A DNA stretch of 64,000 nt from the human T2T-CHM13v2.0 reference genome, Homo sapiens. A program made the translations under genes and the position numbers. The stretch lies in the NCBI RefSeq assembly GCF_009914755.1, contig NC_060929.1; one strand, given 5' to 3'. The notes under the pieces were generated by a model. The model made no database searches, was not told the DNA's origin, and was given only the letters and a program-made list of their open reading frames with translations. Shown piece by piece: positions 45,056 to 60,600 of this stretch; positions within the stretch are counted from its first letter, which is position 1, and each line of letters begins with the position of its first letter.

Positions 45056-45574
45056 ATGCTAGTAAGGGGTATTGCAGAAAGGAGTGTGCTGCCTTGGACA
45101 CATAGTGGGGTTAGACAGATGGGGTAACTAGCTTGTCAAAACCCTTTTAATTCTGAGATTTGGAATCTATAACTTCAGTGGTATTTTTAGAAACATATGC
45201 TAATGTGATGTTATGTAATATAAACCTATTAAGGAAGGTTAGCCCAGCAGAACACTTCTTTTAAAATATTTTCTTCTAGTTTGAACTATTGTTTATACTT
45301 GAATTTTTCTTTCAGAATTCAAGAGCTGTGATAATTATGACTAGACTCAGTATAATTAGTATGTCAGTGATATTTTTATTGTACTTTAATTCTTATATTA
45401 CAGCACTATTAATTGTATGATTTGCCCTTGCCTTTTGCAAAGGGATCATAATTTTTGTCTGCCAGTTTGCTAAATCTGCTCTTTCTAAGCATTTTTCACC
45501 ATTTGCACATCGTGGAAACAGGCTTCCAGGATGAAAGTTTCAAAACATCTTAATCTATTATCTTTTGGTAATAA

Positions 45575-45765
45575 GCATATGTCTGTGTGTATGTTATAAG
45601 CATATGTGTGTTATCAGCATAGCATAGATTTATATTTATAAACATATTTATTTGAATACGTATTTATATAATCAATATGCATATGTTTTTATATTTATGC
45701 TATATGTATATATGCTTATAATTATGTATGTTGTATGTGTGCATGCATGAGAGTGTGTATGTCTT
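45575..45765. repeat. AT-rich (TA/TATG) low-complexity region
   Basis: Degenerate TATG/TA repeats. Confidence 0.7.
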
Positions 45766-46169
45766 TAGTTCTATTATAAAATTACTATTATAATTCTGAC
45801 TTACTGAGTCTATACACACAATCCTGGTTTAGTGATGGGAAGATTTAATCTCTCATGAACTTACCATTAGTAAAAAGAAATACAAAATTTACTTGTGGCC
45901 TGTTTTAGCTCTATTTTAAAAAAATAAAGCATATATTTTAGGTCACTTTAAATTGAAGACTAACTTGTGTTCCAACATTACAACTATATCTAACATTTGT
46001 AGCACCTTGTCATGATATGCTGAATCTGTTGTGTGTGTGGCCTCTTTCACATGATTAATTTCAAATGAATATGTTCTCATCTGATACAGATATTCTTTAC
46101 TTTCAGAAAAACATGTGAATGAATCATACAAAGAAGGAGGATAGTGATTATTTGCATGGAGAGGTCTTT

Positions 46170-46715
46170 AGTGTAGGGTTTCTAGAAGCCAAACTTCCAA
46201 GTTGGCTTCTTATCTCCTAGAGAAATGTAGTTACATCCTGAAGTATGAGTGGGACTTGATCCTTATCAATTGAATATGGCCAAGGTAATGGGGTGTTACT
46301 TCTGGGATTACATCACATTATGTAAGTCTGTTTTAGTAGCCTGGTTTGAGAGAGGCCCTCCTTTGCTGACTTTGGAGAAGTCAGTTACCACATTGTAAGG
46401 GCCTAAGGGCAGCCCCCACCTGCCAACCAGTGAGGAGCCAGGGCCTTCCATCCCAGGACCTCAAGAAAATGAATTCTGCCAACAGCCAGAAGGACCTTGG
46501 GAATGGACCATGCCCTGACTGAGCCTTCAGATGAGAACTCAGTCCAGAGTGACACTTTGAATGACTGCAGCCTTGGGACTTCCATAAGTAGAGGATCCAG
46601 CTTAATCAGTAGCACCTGAATTCCTAACCCGCAGAAACTCTGAGCTGATAGATCTCTGTTGTCTTAGCTGTTGGAGTTGTGGTAATGTGTTACACAGAAC
46701 TAGGTGACTAAGAGG
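46170..46715 (+). mobile_element. MLT1E/F-like solo LTR
   Basis: GAATATGGCCAAGGTAATGGG..; AATGAATTCTGCCAACAGCC..GAGCCTTCAGATGAGAACTCAG. Confidence 0.75.
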
Positions 46716-46833
46716 CAAACACAGAAGAAGAAAACAGGTTTTTGTGTGAATGTTCTCATCCTCTTGGTCTGCTTTTTTCTGATCACTTGGCAGCCACTGT
46801 CAACCAGAGTGTTATAGTATGCCATGTATTTGA

Positions 46834-46917
46834 GGCTGGATGTGGTGGCTCACACCTGTAATCCCAGCACTTGGGGAGGCCAAGGTGGACAGGTCCCCTG
46901 AGGTCAGGAGTTCAAGA
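46834..46917 (+). mobile_element. Tail-less 5' Alu fragment (84 bp) with TSD
   Basis: GGCTGGATGTGGTGGCTCAC...GGAGTTCAAGA flanked by ATGCCATGTATTTGA at 46819-33 and 46918-32. Confidence 0.9.
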
Positions 46918-47717
46918 ATGCCATGTATTTGAGATAATTTTGTAGTTTTACTGGGCTTTCAGTTAGTATTCCTACTCAGTTATTTAGACATATTGGTTGT
47001 ACTTTGGTAAAGATTAACTTAAAATAAGAGTTGGGCTGTATTCAAATATGTTGAAGTGAAAGAATGCCTTTGAAAATGATTCACAGGGCCCAGTGATCCC
47101 ACCACCAAATATGCACCACGTTCCTTGTTCTGTACATATAGGAAGGGTAAAAGGAATGGAGGCAGAGGGGCTTAAGTGTAGGGACAGCAGATTGAGGACG
47201 TATGGCGTATCAGCCACTTGCTGGACATTCAGCACGAATCTATCTGTGATTGGGAATGCAGAGCACTAGACGAGAGATTTGGCAATCTTAAAGCATGTAT
47301 GGAGGCAGTAATTATTCTATATGGAGGTTTCTGTATGAAATTGTCATTCATGTTTTATAGTATATAAAGTTGTATAGCATATAGTATAGTATAGAAAAAA
47401 TAGGCTATATTATAATGAAATGCCAGTATATTTCTGATCCGAAAAAATCAAACTACATATTCAATAATCAAATATGCATCACTACTTTCTTAGTCACAGT
47501 TCTGGGTTTTCTATGCTGGTTTCCTTGTGTGTTCTTTAAAGAGATGTAATAAGATCTGGGCTGGCTCTCCTAATGTTTAGATGTGGCAGCATGATTTGCC
47601 CAAATAATGGGAAAGCTAAAGATGGTCAAAGAATGACCCTTTCCTCATCTTAGTGGTTATTTTCTTAGCATCTGACGAGTGTCTGGAATTTTTTTCCTTA
47701 GGTGGAAGATTAAGGAT

Positions 47718-48318
47718 TGTGAAAGGAAAATAAATCTCAGGACTCCCAAATCACTAAGCCAAAGGGAAAAGTCAAGCTGGGAACTGTCTGCCTCCCATTC
47801 TACTCCTAAATAAGATAGCTACAAATATTTTAAAAAGCTACATACCTCCCTCACAGTTTGCCCACAAGTAAATTCCTTGTGGATGAAGGAGAGACAGAAC
47901 TCAAAGTCATCCCTCTGCTCATGTGAGACAGATGCATATCTGATTGCTGCCTTTGTCCTATTGTTTTGCTAAGCCCGACTCAGGCATAAGTGACTATTCC
48001 AGTAAATTGTGCTTTCAGCAAAAGATTAATCAGAAACTCAAAAGAATGCAACTGTGTGTCTATTATCTACCTATGACCTGGAAGCCCCCTCCTCACTTTG
48101 AGTAGTCCCCCCTTTCTGAACCGAACCAAGATACATCTTACATATACTGATTGATGTCTCATGTTTCCCTAAAGTGAATGAAACCAAGCGGCGCCCCAAC
48201 CATCTTGGGCACATGTCATCGGGATCTCCTGAGCCAGTGTCACTGGTGTATCCTTAACCTTGGCAAAATAAACGTTCTAAATTGATTGAAGCCTGTCCCA
48301 GATACTCTTTGGTTTACA
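47718..48318 (+). mobile_element. MER4A-like ERV1 solo LTR
   Basis: TGTGAAAGGAAAATAAATCT..ATCACTAAGCCAAAGGGAAAAGTCAAGCTGGGAAC ... CTTGGCAAAATAAAC ... GGTTTACA. Confidence 0.85.
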
Positions 48319-49237
48319 GGGGTATTTTGATAGCCAATCTTTCATATTGTCAGTTTCCATTTTCTTCTCTGAGGATATAACTTAACAATAACAATATATA
48401 GAAATGAGGAATTTTTTAACCAAAATTCATCTTACAAGAAACTTCTCAAAATATAATTTTAAAAATGAGAATTTATAATTTTCTGCATCTACTGGAGTGT
48501 TTTCACTACCACATCTGTGGAATTAGTACCCAAAGCTAGAGTGAGGACTCCCTGCTCCCCAGGAATAGAGGTGGCCTCTTGGTATCTGACTTGCTATCCA
48601 CAGGGAAGGGCTGGCCTGCTGTTCTACTGTGTGTTTGAGTAGTGAAGGAGAACTGTGTTATATGCCCTGGAAGGGGCCTTGAGGGAAAGGAACACTCTCT
48701 GTTGCCTTTCTTCCTTGTCTAGGAGCGGCTCTGATATTGGTCTATTTCCAGAGCTAGGTGTAGTACAGTTTTATGACCAAAATCCCCTTGTGTATGATGG
48801 ATAAGACTATATGCTCCAGTCATAACACATTTGCAGACTGCAAAGCGTCTTTGATTCTGAGAATTTATACCTGCTTAAAAAATTATAGCCTTTCTCTATT
48901 TGGTTCTTTAACTCTCACTTCAATCTGGGAGGTTTTAAAAAGCCCTCCTTCAGAGCACATGATGAGCTTCTTTGGTGAAGCAATCTTGCTGGACTTGCCC
49001 CTCCTGATGCTTCCAGCATCTTCGGCTTGGCCTCTATGGGTTGCACCAACAGGCTTCCTTGTTCTCTGGCTTCCATTTGTGTTCATGTAATAAACAACCA
49101 GTGACAGTTACCTCAGGAGGGAGAAAGGTGAGGTCAGGTTAACGACTGGCAGCACCTGTGGCTGGCCACTGAGGATCCCACCTCTTGCCAGGAGTCCCTC
49201 TTCATATGACTCTCTCTGTCTGGGTTCTCAGCTTCTC

Positions 49238-49601
49238 TGATATGGTTTGGCTGTGTCCCCACCTAAATCTCATCTTGAATTGTGGCTCCCATAATCCCCA
49301 CATGTCATGGGAGGGACCCAGTGGGAGGTAATTGAATCATGGGGGTGGGTCTTTTCAGTGCTGTTCTCCTGGTAGTGAAGAAGTCTCACAAGATCTGATG
49401 GTTTTATAAAGGGCAGTTCCCCTGTACACACTGTCTTGCCTGCCACCATGTAAGATGTGTCTTTGCTCCTCCTTCACCTTCCACTATGATTGTGAGGCCT
49501 CCCCAGCCATGTCAAACTGTGAGTCTGTTAAACCTCTTTTTCTTTGTAAATTACCCAATCTTGGGTATTTCTTCATAGCAGTATGAAAATGGACTAATAC
49601 A
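49238..49601 (+). mobile_element. THE1C-like solo LTR
   Basis: TGATATGGTTTGGCTGTGTCCCCAC ... GCAGTATGAAAATGGACTAATACA; TSD T(T/C)CTC. Confidence 0.9.
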
Positions 49602-49932
49602 TCCTCCATGCCCTCACTCCTGACAACAAAGCACCATGCCTTTGGGCATTCCCTACCTCCTCCCTGCAGCTTTGTAAATAATCATTTTATGAGGCACTCC
49701 TCAACTCCCATTGGAGGGTTCCAGAACATCCATTATCTCACAAGATGCTTACAAAAGATCCATGAAGAGGGAGGCCATTCATGTTTATCTCTGACTAACA
49801 TAGAATGAAGTTGGAGTGTAGAGCGTTGGACCAGCTTACTCAAGATCAAAAAGCTGGTAATTGACAGAGGCTGGCTGGTGATAGGCGTCTCGTAACACCC
49901 ACCCCTCTTACCCTCCTAGACTGTTTCTTCTT

Positions 49933-49986
49933 AGCATCATTCTTTCTAGTGCAACTTAGAGCATCATTGTTTCTAGTGCCACTTAG
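49933..49986. repeat. 27-bp tandem duplication
   Basis: AGCATCATT(C/G)TTTCTAGTGC(A/C)ACTTAG x2. Confidence 0.9.
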
Positions 49987-50599
49987 CTTTCATATTTAAA
50001 TTTGGGCTGGAAACTGGCTTCATTTCTCATTCATTAAAAAAATAAAAAAAACTTTGGAAGCCAAAAATGTTCTTACATTATGTACTTATGTTTATTCTCT
50101 TAGCATAAAGTACCCTGAGCTCATTGACAAAGGGCAGAACATTAATTTGAAATTAATAGATAGCACCATGGAAATTGGAAGTCTGAGTCACAACTTGTGT
50201 AATTAATTGTGCTAGTCATGACTAGAATAAAAGTATATGCTAATGAGGCTGGCTGTGCACAGTCCTGATCACGTTATTATTGGATATGTGCTACTAGTGA
50301 TTTACCTTCTAAATGACTCAACACAGGACATTTCGCCCTGACTGGGTTTTGGAATTCAAGGGCAGCACTGTGGCGGCAGCACCTGGGCCAAGTAGCAGGT
50401 GGAGCACCCCTGTCTGGCTGTCCCTATGAGTTTGGCTCTTCTCATATATGAGTTACTGTGAGAAATGAAAATCGTGTATGTCTACACACTTAAAGTATAC
50501 TTTTAAGACTACACTCTGAATTAAACTAATAGTGCAGAATATACTTAGAGACTTGCTGAATTGACCACATAAAACCATAAATCACAAGATAGCAAATTA

Positions 50600-52613
<2,014 letters not shown>

Positions 52614-52984
52614 GGAAAGACTAGGATGGTGAGGCGACAGGCATTAGTGGCAGCAGGTGCTATAAATACTACCTGGCAGACTAGTTTGAAAAGCAGTATG
52701 CTGGCGGCATCTTTAGAGTGGAGACAGCAGATAGGGGTTCCCTGAACAGATCTGAATGGCAGATGAAGCTGTGGAGAGATTATGTGATGGTAGTTGGCCT
52801 GAGGGGCATGGCCACACTTCCCTGGGGTGGGGGTGCACAAACAGAAGGCTAGGGTAGACCCCTGGGGAAGAGCCACTTCTGCAGATGAGCAGAGGAGGAG
52901 GCTGCCACAAGAGATACAGTGAAAAAGCAGCCCGAAGTTTGTGGGAGGGGGACCGGGAAAATCAGATGAGGCAGTGAGAAGCCA

Positions 52985-53440
52985 ATCACCCCCGAAATCC
53001 TTTACCTTTCTGTGCCCAGATCTGAGACCCCCAGGGTCCCTCATATTGATGGCATGAATGGACTCCCCTGTCTTTACCTTTAGATTGGGTGCAACCAATG
53101 GGAGGCCCAGACAGAAGGTTGGATGGGTGACAGGTGCCAAGCCTGGGGTATCATTCCCCCAGCTCCGTTCCCACTAGACTGCAGACTGGGTGCCCCCACC
53201 ACAGGCCACAGTTCTGAAAAGGCTGCTCTTTCTGAGTTCTGGTTGCCACACTCATTATTTGCTGTGAAAGATCTGGCAGTGGTCCCAGGTCTGCACTGTT
53301 CCAGTCCTGGGTGCCCAGCCACCTCTTCTTGGCTTCCCTTGGCCCTGTGCACAACTCTGTAAATAGTCCCTTGACTGGATACACTTTGTAGTGCTGTTTT
53401 GAGGGTGCTTTATTTTCTCCCGCTTGGACCCTGTGGGATG
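52985..53440 (+). mobile_element. LTR33-like ERVL LTR
   Basis: CCAATGGGAGGC..GGGTATCATTCCCCCAGCTCC ... TGTAAATAGTCCCTT ... TTTGAGGGTGC..GGACCCTG. Confidence 0.7.
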
Positions 53441-54949
53441 TCATAATTATAGCTTACACCAGGTCACAGAGATCAAGCAGGGCAAAGCCTGTAACATGCC
53501 CCTTAGATCTAGCTTCAGACCTTCACGACCATGGCAGGTGCTGATTTTTAGAGGCGCTTTGGATTCCTGAGTGCCTCTGAGAGTCGGTATGTGTCAAGGG
53601 TCATAGCTGTGCAGGCCTGTAGGAACAAAAGGCATTTCCAACCCTAATGTTGTAAAATGGCTCCTGTTACAAGAAAGGGGTGTCCTCCTTCATGAGGTTA
53701 CAGTAGTCACATTTTATTCATTGCAGTAGTTGCTTTTAACAGTGACTTCCTTTAATAGAAATTGGCTTTAAGGTCTTAAGTTGTTAAAAAAAATCACCAT
53801 TTTTGCATAAAAGAGACAAAAGTTGTTGGTGATTTGTTGCACTGCTTCTTAGGCTATCACCAGGGTGACCTGGGCAATGCACAGAGCGCCCAGAGCTCTG
53901 ATGCACACGTTACATCCTAATGAGAACTGAAGACCTACCAGGGGTGGCTTTCATCACTTCTCTCCATCAGTAGATGGGGATGTCCAGAGACGCATGGGAA
54001 CATTAACACTGAGGTGGCCAGGGAGGCAGGCATCAGCTGATCCCTATCTAGCAGGCACCCTTCATTGATCCCAAGTCTCTACATCATCAAGGGCACCATT
54101 GCATCCACTCTTCCATGGCTGCTTAAAGTCCATTAATATCACAAATCCCATGAATCCTGCTCTTGTGTGGCACTCACTCTCAGCCATAGAAACAACTCAG
54201 TTCCCTGCATTTCTGCCCCCCCACTACAAATATTTATTACATTCTTTCCCAAAGTGACTTTAGATCAAATAGACAAAATAATTGATGCATGTAAAGAGTG
54301 ATTATTGTCTACCAAAAGAAATTGTTTTTAATAGCTAGATTTTATTAATGATGTAATTTAAAATGTAACAATAAAGATTTCCTTCAGAAAGCAATGAACA
54401 CCAAAAGATGAGGATTTATTTCACACTTCCAAATGTCACTACACAATGTAAATTATGCCCAATATGTTAGAACCTCCCTGGCTCCCAGACGTGCCAGGGG
54501 CCTGAGGGTCGGGTCAGTCAGTTCCAGCCCCCACAGTGATGGCCTTGCAGGGACACAAGAGAGGGACATTGCTGTCTGTCAAAGACACTCTGCAGTGTTC
54601 TCCTGCAGACAAATAGCAAAGGATACAGTGAAGATTTTAATCACTTGTGTAAATGTTTAAAAGCACATTAAATTATTACCATTTTTCCTTAAATATCCAA
54701 GCCTTATCAAATATTTGATAATATTTGAATTCAGCTACACAGAAATGATCATGCAAAGATTATCTGCAAGCCAATCGCTCATAATTTATTTTTCCATGGT
54801 GAAAAATATTGATAAGTTTGCAACCTAAGAAGGGTCGTAAAACCAAGCTGACGGCCTGTGTGACAGCCGCATGGGGCTATGCTCTGGGCTGGGGGCCAGG
54901 GGCTCTGTCCTGGGCGTGCTGCTATTATCCGTTGCTGGTGACTTGAATG

Positions 54950-55288
54950 CAGTCAGGCATCTCTTAACAGTGGGGATACAATTTAAGACACAGGTGATTC
55001 CGTCCTGTGAACATCACAAAGTGTACGCACACAAATGCCAATGGTCCAGCCTCCTACACACATCGGCTGTATGGTAGAGCCTATTGCTCCTTGGCTACAA
55101 ACACCTTCAGTGTGTTACTCTACTGAATACTGTAAGCAACTGTAACACAATGGTAAGTATTTGTGACTCTGAATATATCATATCTAAACACAGAAAGGAC
55201 ACAATAGAAATACGGTTACAATTTTATGAGACACTGTCATGTAGGCAGTCCATCCTTGATCAAAATGTCCTTATACAGCACGTGACTG
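54950..55288 (+). mobile_element. Tigger3a (MER7A) MITE
   Basis: CAGTC...GACTG TIRs followed by TA; GCCTATTGCTCC..GGCTACAAAC..CTGAATACTGTA..TGTAACACAATGGTAAGTATTTGTG. Confidence 0.88.
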
Positions 55289-55474
55289 TAGTTACTGTCT
55301 CCCCTTCATCTTCTGCTTCTCAGACTCTCCCTCAGTGAGTGGAAGCAGAAATAAAGATCTCTTTTCCAGTTCTGAATGCTGGCTCCTGTTCATACCAGTA
55401 ATTCTGTCTTCATGACTCTTCTTTAAATTAATAATGAAGAAAACGGTTCAAAATGACATTACTTTTTAAAAAAG

Positions 55475-55560
55475 ATATATATATATACACATATATATAT
55501 ATACATACACACCTCTGTCTCTCTGTATATACCTATTGTTTTATTATGATGGTGAAGACC

Positions 55561-55622
<62 letters not shown>

Positions 55623-55648
55623 ACGAGAGAGAGAGAGAGAGAGAGAGA
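55475..55648. repeat. Compound (TA)n/(GA)n microsatellite with an embedded unique 24-mer
   Basis: (TA)n at 55475-55500 and 55561-55580; (GA)n at 55581-55648. Confidence 0.95.
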
Positions 55649-57408
55649 AATCCACCAAGCCACTAAGCTTTTTGTGTTGATTGCTCCCCCAATAAATAAA
55701 TTCTGACTTATATTTATCCCCATGCTCTTTGCTTAGTCAGCATTTTAGTAGGCAGAAATCCAGAATAAAACAAAAACATGATATGACTTTCTTCCAAGTT
55801 ACATCTCACATTGCCTAAACTATTACTATCTACAGGCAAAATTCAGCCTCCCCTGTAACATGAGTGAAGCTTTCTCCTTGAGGAGAGCCAGGCAATTCCT
55901 AGAGCTAACATAAGGAGCAGGAATGCTTGTCCTTCCTCTGCACAGATGAGCAGGAAAGGAAGAGGAAGGGAGAGGTGCTATGCTTTAAAAATAGAGATTG
56001 ATGGGCTCATATGGATTGTCATTTTTTAAGGAATACATTTAGGGTAAAAGAAAGAAAAGCAAAAAGATTGAGCATATGCAAGCTACTGTTATGGGAGATG
56101 CTTGCTTTTAAACTTTGCAATAGCAAGTAACAACCCATCAGGAATGGGGCTCTTTCTGGAGGGCAGCCTGGGTGTGGAGGGTTTGGTGGGGTCCAAGCTT
56201 CCTCAACAGGGGCTGTGGGTGGCAGCTTTGCAGGGCGGCATGAAGCCCGGCTGCAGAAGCGTGTGTCTTCATGGGGATGGAAGACGGAGCAGATCCAATT
56301 ACAGGGTGGTGCTGTTGTGATTCAAGGATCAGGTCACCTGGAACATGAAGGGATCCAGGGGCCTCAGTCCCAGGCCACCTCATGAAACACTGCAGGAACC
56401 AGCCTGAGGGATTGGGGTGGGGGATCTGGCCTTGCAGGTGGGAAGTGCTTCCATCTTGTCACAGTAAGGCAGAGAAGCAGGAGGGCAAACTCCACGGCAC
56501 GAATGCAATAGGTACTTCGTGTTGCTAAGTCTCTGCACATGGAAAGGGAGGTTTCTGCTCACGAGGAGGTGAAATGATGTTGCATAAACAAGACGCAAGA
56601 TATCAAGGCAAGCCCCAGGGAACAGGAAGACTGGGTGGGGTGACATGAACAGAACCAGTCTGGGTGGACCAGTCCCTCCAAACTCCAGCGGCTCAGCAGC
56701 AGCATCTCCTTAAGGATGAGGCCCCCTCATTGCTTCATTGGTCTTAAGGGGCTTTGACTCAGGAGAAATTGAAATTTCAGAGACCTTGGCCCCATGTCAT
56801 CTAATTCAAGTGTCAACTACAGAGGAAGTGGGTTGGGCAAGGCCCTAACCTCAGCTTTAAACAGGATTGGTTGTTTCCCAGGAGCAACTCTTGGCCTGTC
56901 AGATGAAGCAAGGCCTTCCTCTCACATGCTAAAGTTGTGAAATACAGCAGCATCTTTTTTTCAGGTTCTTTGGCCCATATTACAGCAGTGATGATGATGG
57001 TGATGGTTGTGGGATGTGACAAAAGGAATGCAACGTGACATGGAGGCAAAGAGATGGAAAAAATTGGGGTTTGGAGGCAGAAAGCCCCAGCTCTGCAACT
57101 TAAATGCCCTTTTGCAAGATATTTGTTCTTGTTTTGACAGTAGGGGATATTGAAACCTCCTGAGGTTGTTTTTATTATTATTTTTTCTCTTTTTAGATTC
57201 AAGAGCATTCCTATAAAGAAACTCCCATGTTGCCTCACTCATAGAATATTCAAAACTCCATAGTTATTTTCCAGGTGTATGTCCATCAGTACCTGTCCCA
57301 TCCCTCTGGTTGTGCTATTGATCCGGGCGTGATAACAAAACACTGTTAGAGCCAGTAGGGCAAGGAGAGATATCTGCTGTGGCTTCTGGAAAGAAAAAGA
57401 AGTTTGGT

Positions 57409-57870
57409 GGTATATTAGTTTCCTCCTGCTGCTCTGAAAAGTGAGTGTACACCTACTGGCATGCATGAAACAATAAAGATTTATTATTTTATAGTCCTGG
57501 AGGCCAGTGTCCCCAGTCAGTCTACCTAGGTTAAAGTTAGGATGTTGGAAGAACTAGGCCCTTCTGCAGGCTCTTGGGGTGGGGATCCATGTCCTTGCTT
57601 TCCAGCTTCTAGAGGCTCCTGTGTTCCTTCACCCTCAATCCAGCCATGCAGCGTAATCACGCCCCCTTCCCTGTCTCTGACCTTGCAGCCTGGCTCGCAT
57701 AAGGACCCTTGGGTTACATGTGGGTCCATCTGGAAAATCCAGGATAATCTCCCTACCTCAAGACCCTCACTCTGTCACATCAACAGAGTTCCTTTTTCCA
57801 CAAAAGGTAACATTCAAGGGTTCTGGGAATTGCAGTGTGGAGATCTTTGCAGGAGCTATAATTCAGCCCC
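57409..57870 (-). mobile_element. MLT1D-like solo LTR
   Basis: TATTAGTTTCCT..GCTGCT ... TTCCAGCTTCTAGAGGC ... ATCCAGGATAATCTCCC. Confidence 0.8.
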
Positions 57871-57879
57871 TGAAAGATG

Positions 57880-58158
57880 GTATAACGGCTTCACGCTTGG
57901 AGCTCCTGCAGCCACCTTGCTATCATGAGGAAAGTCAATGTGACTTCTGCACTCAGGGGAGAGGCTAGGGAGGCAGAGCTCAGTCGGGGAAGGAGACCAA
58001 GACTGCTAGTGTTACTTGAGCTTTTGGGTCAAGTCCTGATAGAAGCCAGTCCTACTTCATGGGCTTTCAGTAATATGAATAGATAGATGCCCTGTTATTA
58101 TGCTCACGCCAATTTGAATTGGGTTATCCATATATCTGAAACAGAATTAGCTGGTACA
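57880..58158 (+). mobile_element. Old MLT1 (J/K/L-type) LTR fragment
   Basis: GGAGCTCCTGCAGCCACCTTG..ATGAGG ... GCCAATTTGAATTGGGTT ... CTGGTACA. Confidence 0.55.
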
Positions 58159-59416
58159 AAGGGTTGAGAACTCAGAGAGAAAGCTCAGCCTCTTTCTTTG
58201 AAGCTGAGAAAGCAGAAGTAGTACAGGGAGATGGTGTTTACAGATGGATACACAAGGCCCTCTGCAAAGTGGGGTTCAGGGTTCCCATGGAGGCTCACTC
58301 AGGGGGAGCGCACAGAACTATCACTGGCACCAACAGGTGCAGCCATTGATCAGTAACAAATAAACTGAGGATGATCACCTTCCAGCAACAGCGTCCCTTA
58401 CTCTGCCTCTTTCAAAGACCCTGCCAGATCCTTCCCTCCAGGCACCCTGATTTCTATGCCTTTGCTGAGCAAAAGCCCACACAGAATGCATGGCTCCTCT
58501 CACTCCCCTTAGCTGGGTGCAAGTGCAAGCAGGCCTCTGCTCTTGCTCAGGAATGAGGAATGAGGTATTGCTTGAGGCCATGGCCTGAAGGCCTCTCTCC
58601 ATGAAATCCCCTGTAGGCAGACCCCATGCATCTCAGAGCATTGGAGAGGATCCAGGGCTGGGGTGCGGCCTGGCCCACCCTCTGTGGGGATAGTGGGAGG
58701 GAACCCCTGGTGGTGATGAGACCTCATAGAGCTGCGTGGCTTCGTCTGCATGCTTCATGCTTCAGCTCTGCACTGAGACCTTTTTTTTTTAATTTTAATA
58801 AATGTCAGTGACATAAACTTAGAGCACCAGGAATCCTCAATAAAAAGGCTGGGCCCAGGCAAATGCATTATTTTGTTGGCAAAGCTAACATTGGCAAAAC
58901 AGGAATCTTTCTATCTTGAGCTTCAGCACTGCATTAGAAATCTTGTTTTATTATGATGGTGAAGACTGAAGCCCTGGGGTTTGGGCAGGCATGGTTTGAA
59001 AGTTCAGTGGCAGCTGCCTGCAGTACGGGACATGGCTGCTCATATCCAAGGCTACGAATCCGGAGGAATTTCATTTTCTTGAGAAAGCCCAGGAGAGCAA
59101 GTAGCAAGGATATGAAAGTGAGAGGCAGAAACACAGTGACCAAAAAATGCTGCCTGAGATAGTGAGGCGGCTGCCTGGAACACTTCCTTCCTGGTTTTTC
59201 AAAAGGCTACCAAGATAATTAAGTAACTCTATGTCAATAAGTCTCTGTCCTTTCTGCATCTCCCCAGCATTGTAACAGCACAGGGAGAAGAGACGGTGGC
59301 ATTTGCTATGGTTGCTGGCATGACAATGAATATGATCATGGACCTAAACTCAACCATGCCATCTTTGGAAAAAAGCAGCCAAGTAGAAAGGCAATAAATA
59401 AACATCAAGCAGGGAG

Positions 59417-59791
<375 letters not shown>

Positions 59792-59884
59792 TTAATGTGA
59801 CAAATTTTAAAGGCAGTCCAAATACCACTCAGACTCAGTTAGCTTAAACTCAGAGTAACTGAGTATTTTACAACTCTTGTAGGT

Positions 59885-60045
59885 ATGTGTGCATATTTGT
59901 TATAAGTGTGTGCATGTGTATATATACATGTTCATGCCTGTGTGTTGTGCACATGTGTATGTGTGCATGCCCTTCTGTGTGCATGTGTGTTTATGCATGT
60001 GTGTGTTTCTACATGTGTGTTTATGCATGTGTGTATGTGTGTATT
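59885..60045. repeat. Degenerate (TG/CATG)n low-complexity repeat
   Basis: Seen directly. Confidence 0.85.
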
Positions 60046-60600
60046 TGTTTCTGCAGTTTATTTCTACCACCTGCATTCTTTAGCTTGTGAGGGCATCAGT
60101 TTTTATATTTATTTGTTATAGCCTATAGATTGATATAGAATGCTACCTTGGTCATGCCTAAATTAAAGACAAGGTGTAATATCTTTTGTATAATTTGGAT
60201 TTTAAACTGATGAGGAGAGGGATTATATGCCAAACTACCACTGAAGACAAAAGCCAGTGGAGGTCAGTAGCAGTGAGTGCAAGAAGCAGACATGGACATG
60301 TGAACTGAAGCCCATTGCCTGTGTGTTTGCTCCCTGTGGCTATAAGAACTTGAAAAGTGTTGTTCTCTTAGGTAAACCATGGGTGCTCATTGCATTAGTA
60401 TCATAGGAATGCCATCACAAAGCACCACAGACTGGAGGGCTTAAACATCTCAAGTCTATTTTCTCACTCTTCTGGAAACTAGGAGTTCAAGATCACAGTA
60501 TCGGCAGGTTTGGTTTCCGGTGAGACCTCAATTTCTTGCCTGCTTTCTTGTTGTGACCTCACATGGTCATCCTTCTTTGTGTCTTATCTGCATCCCAATC

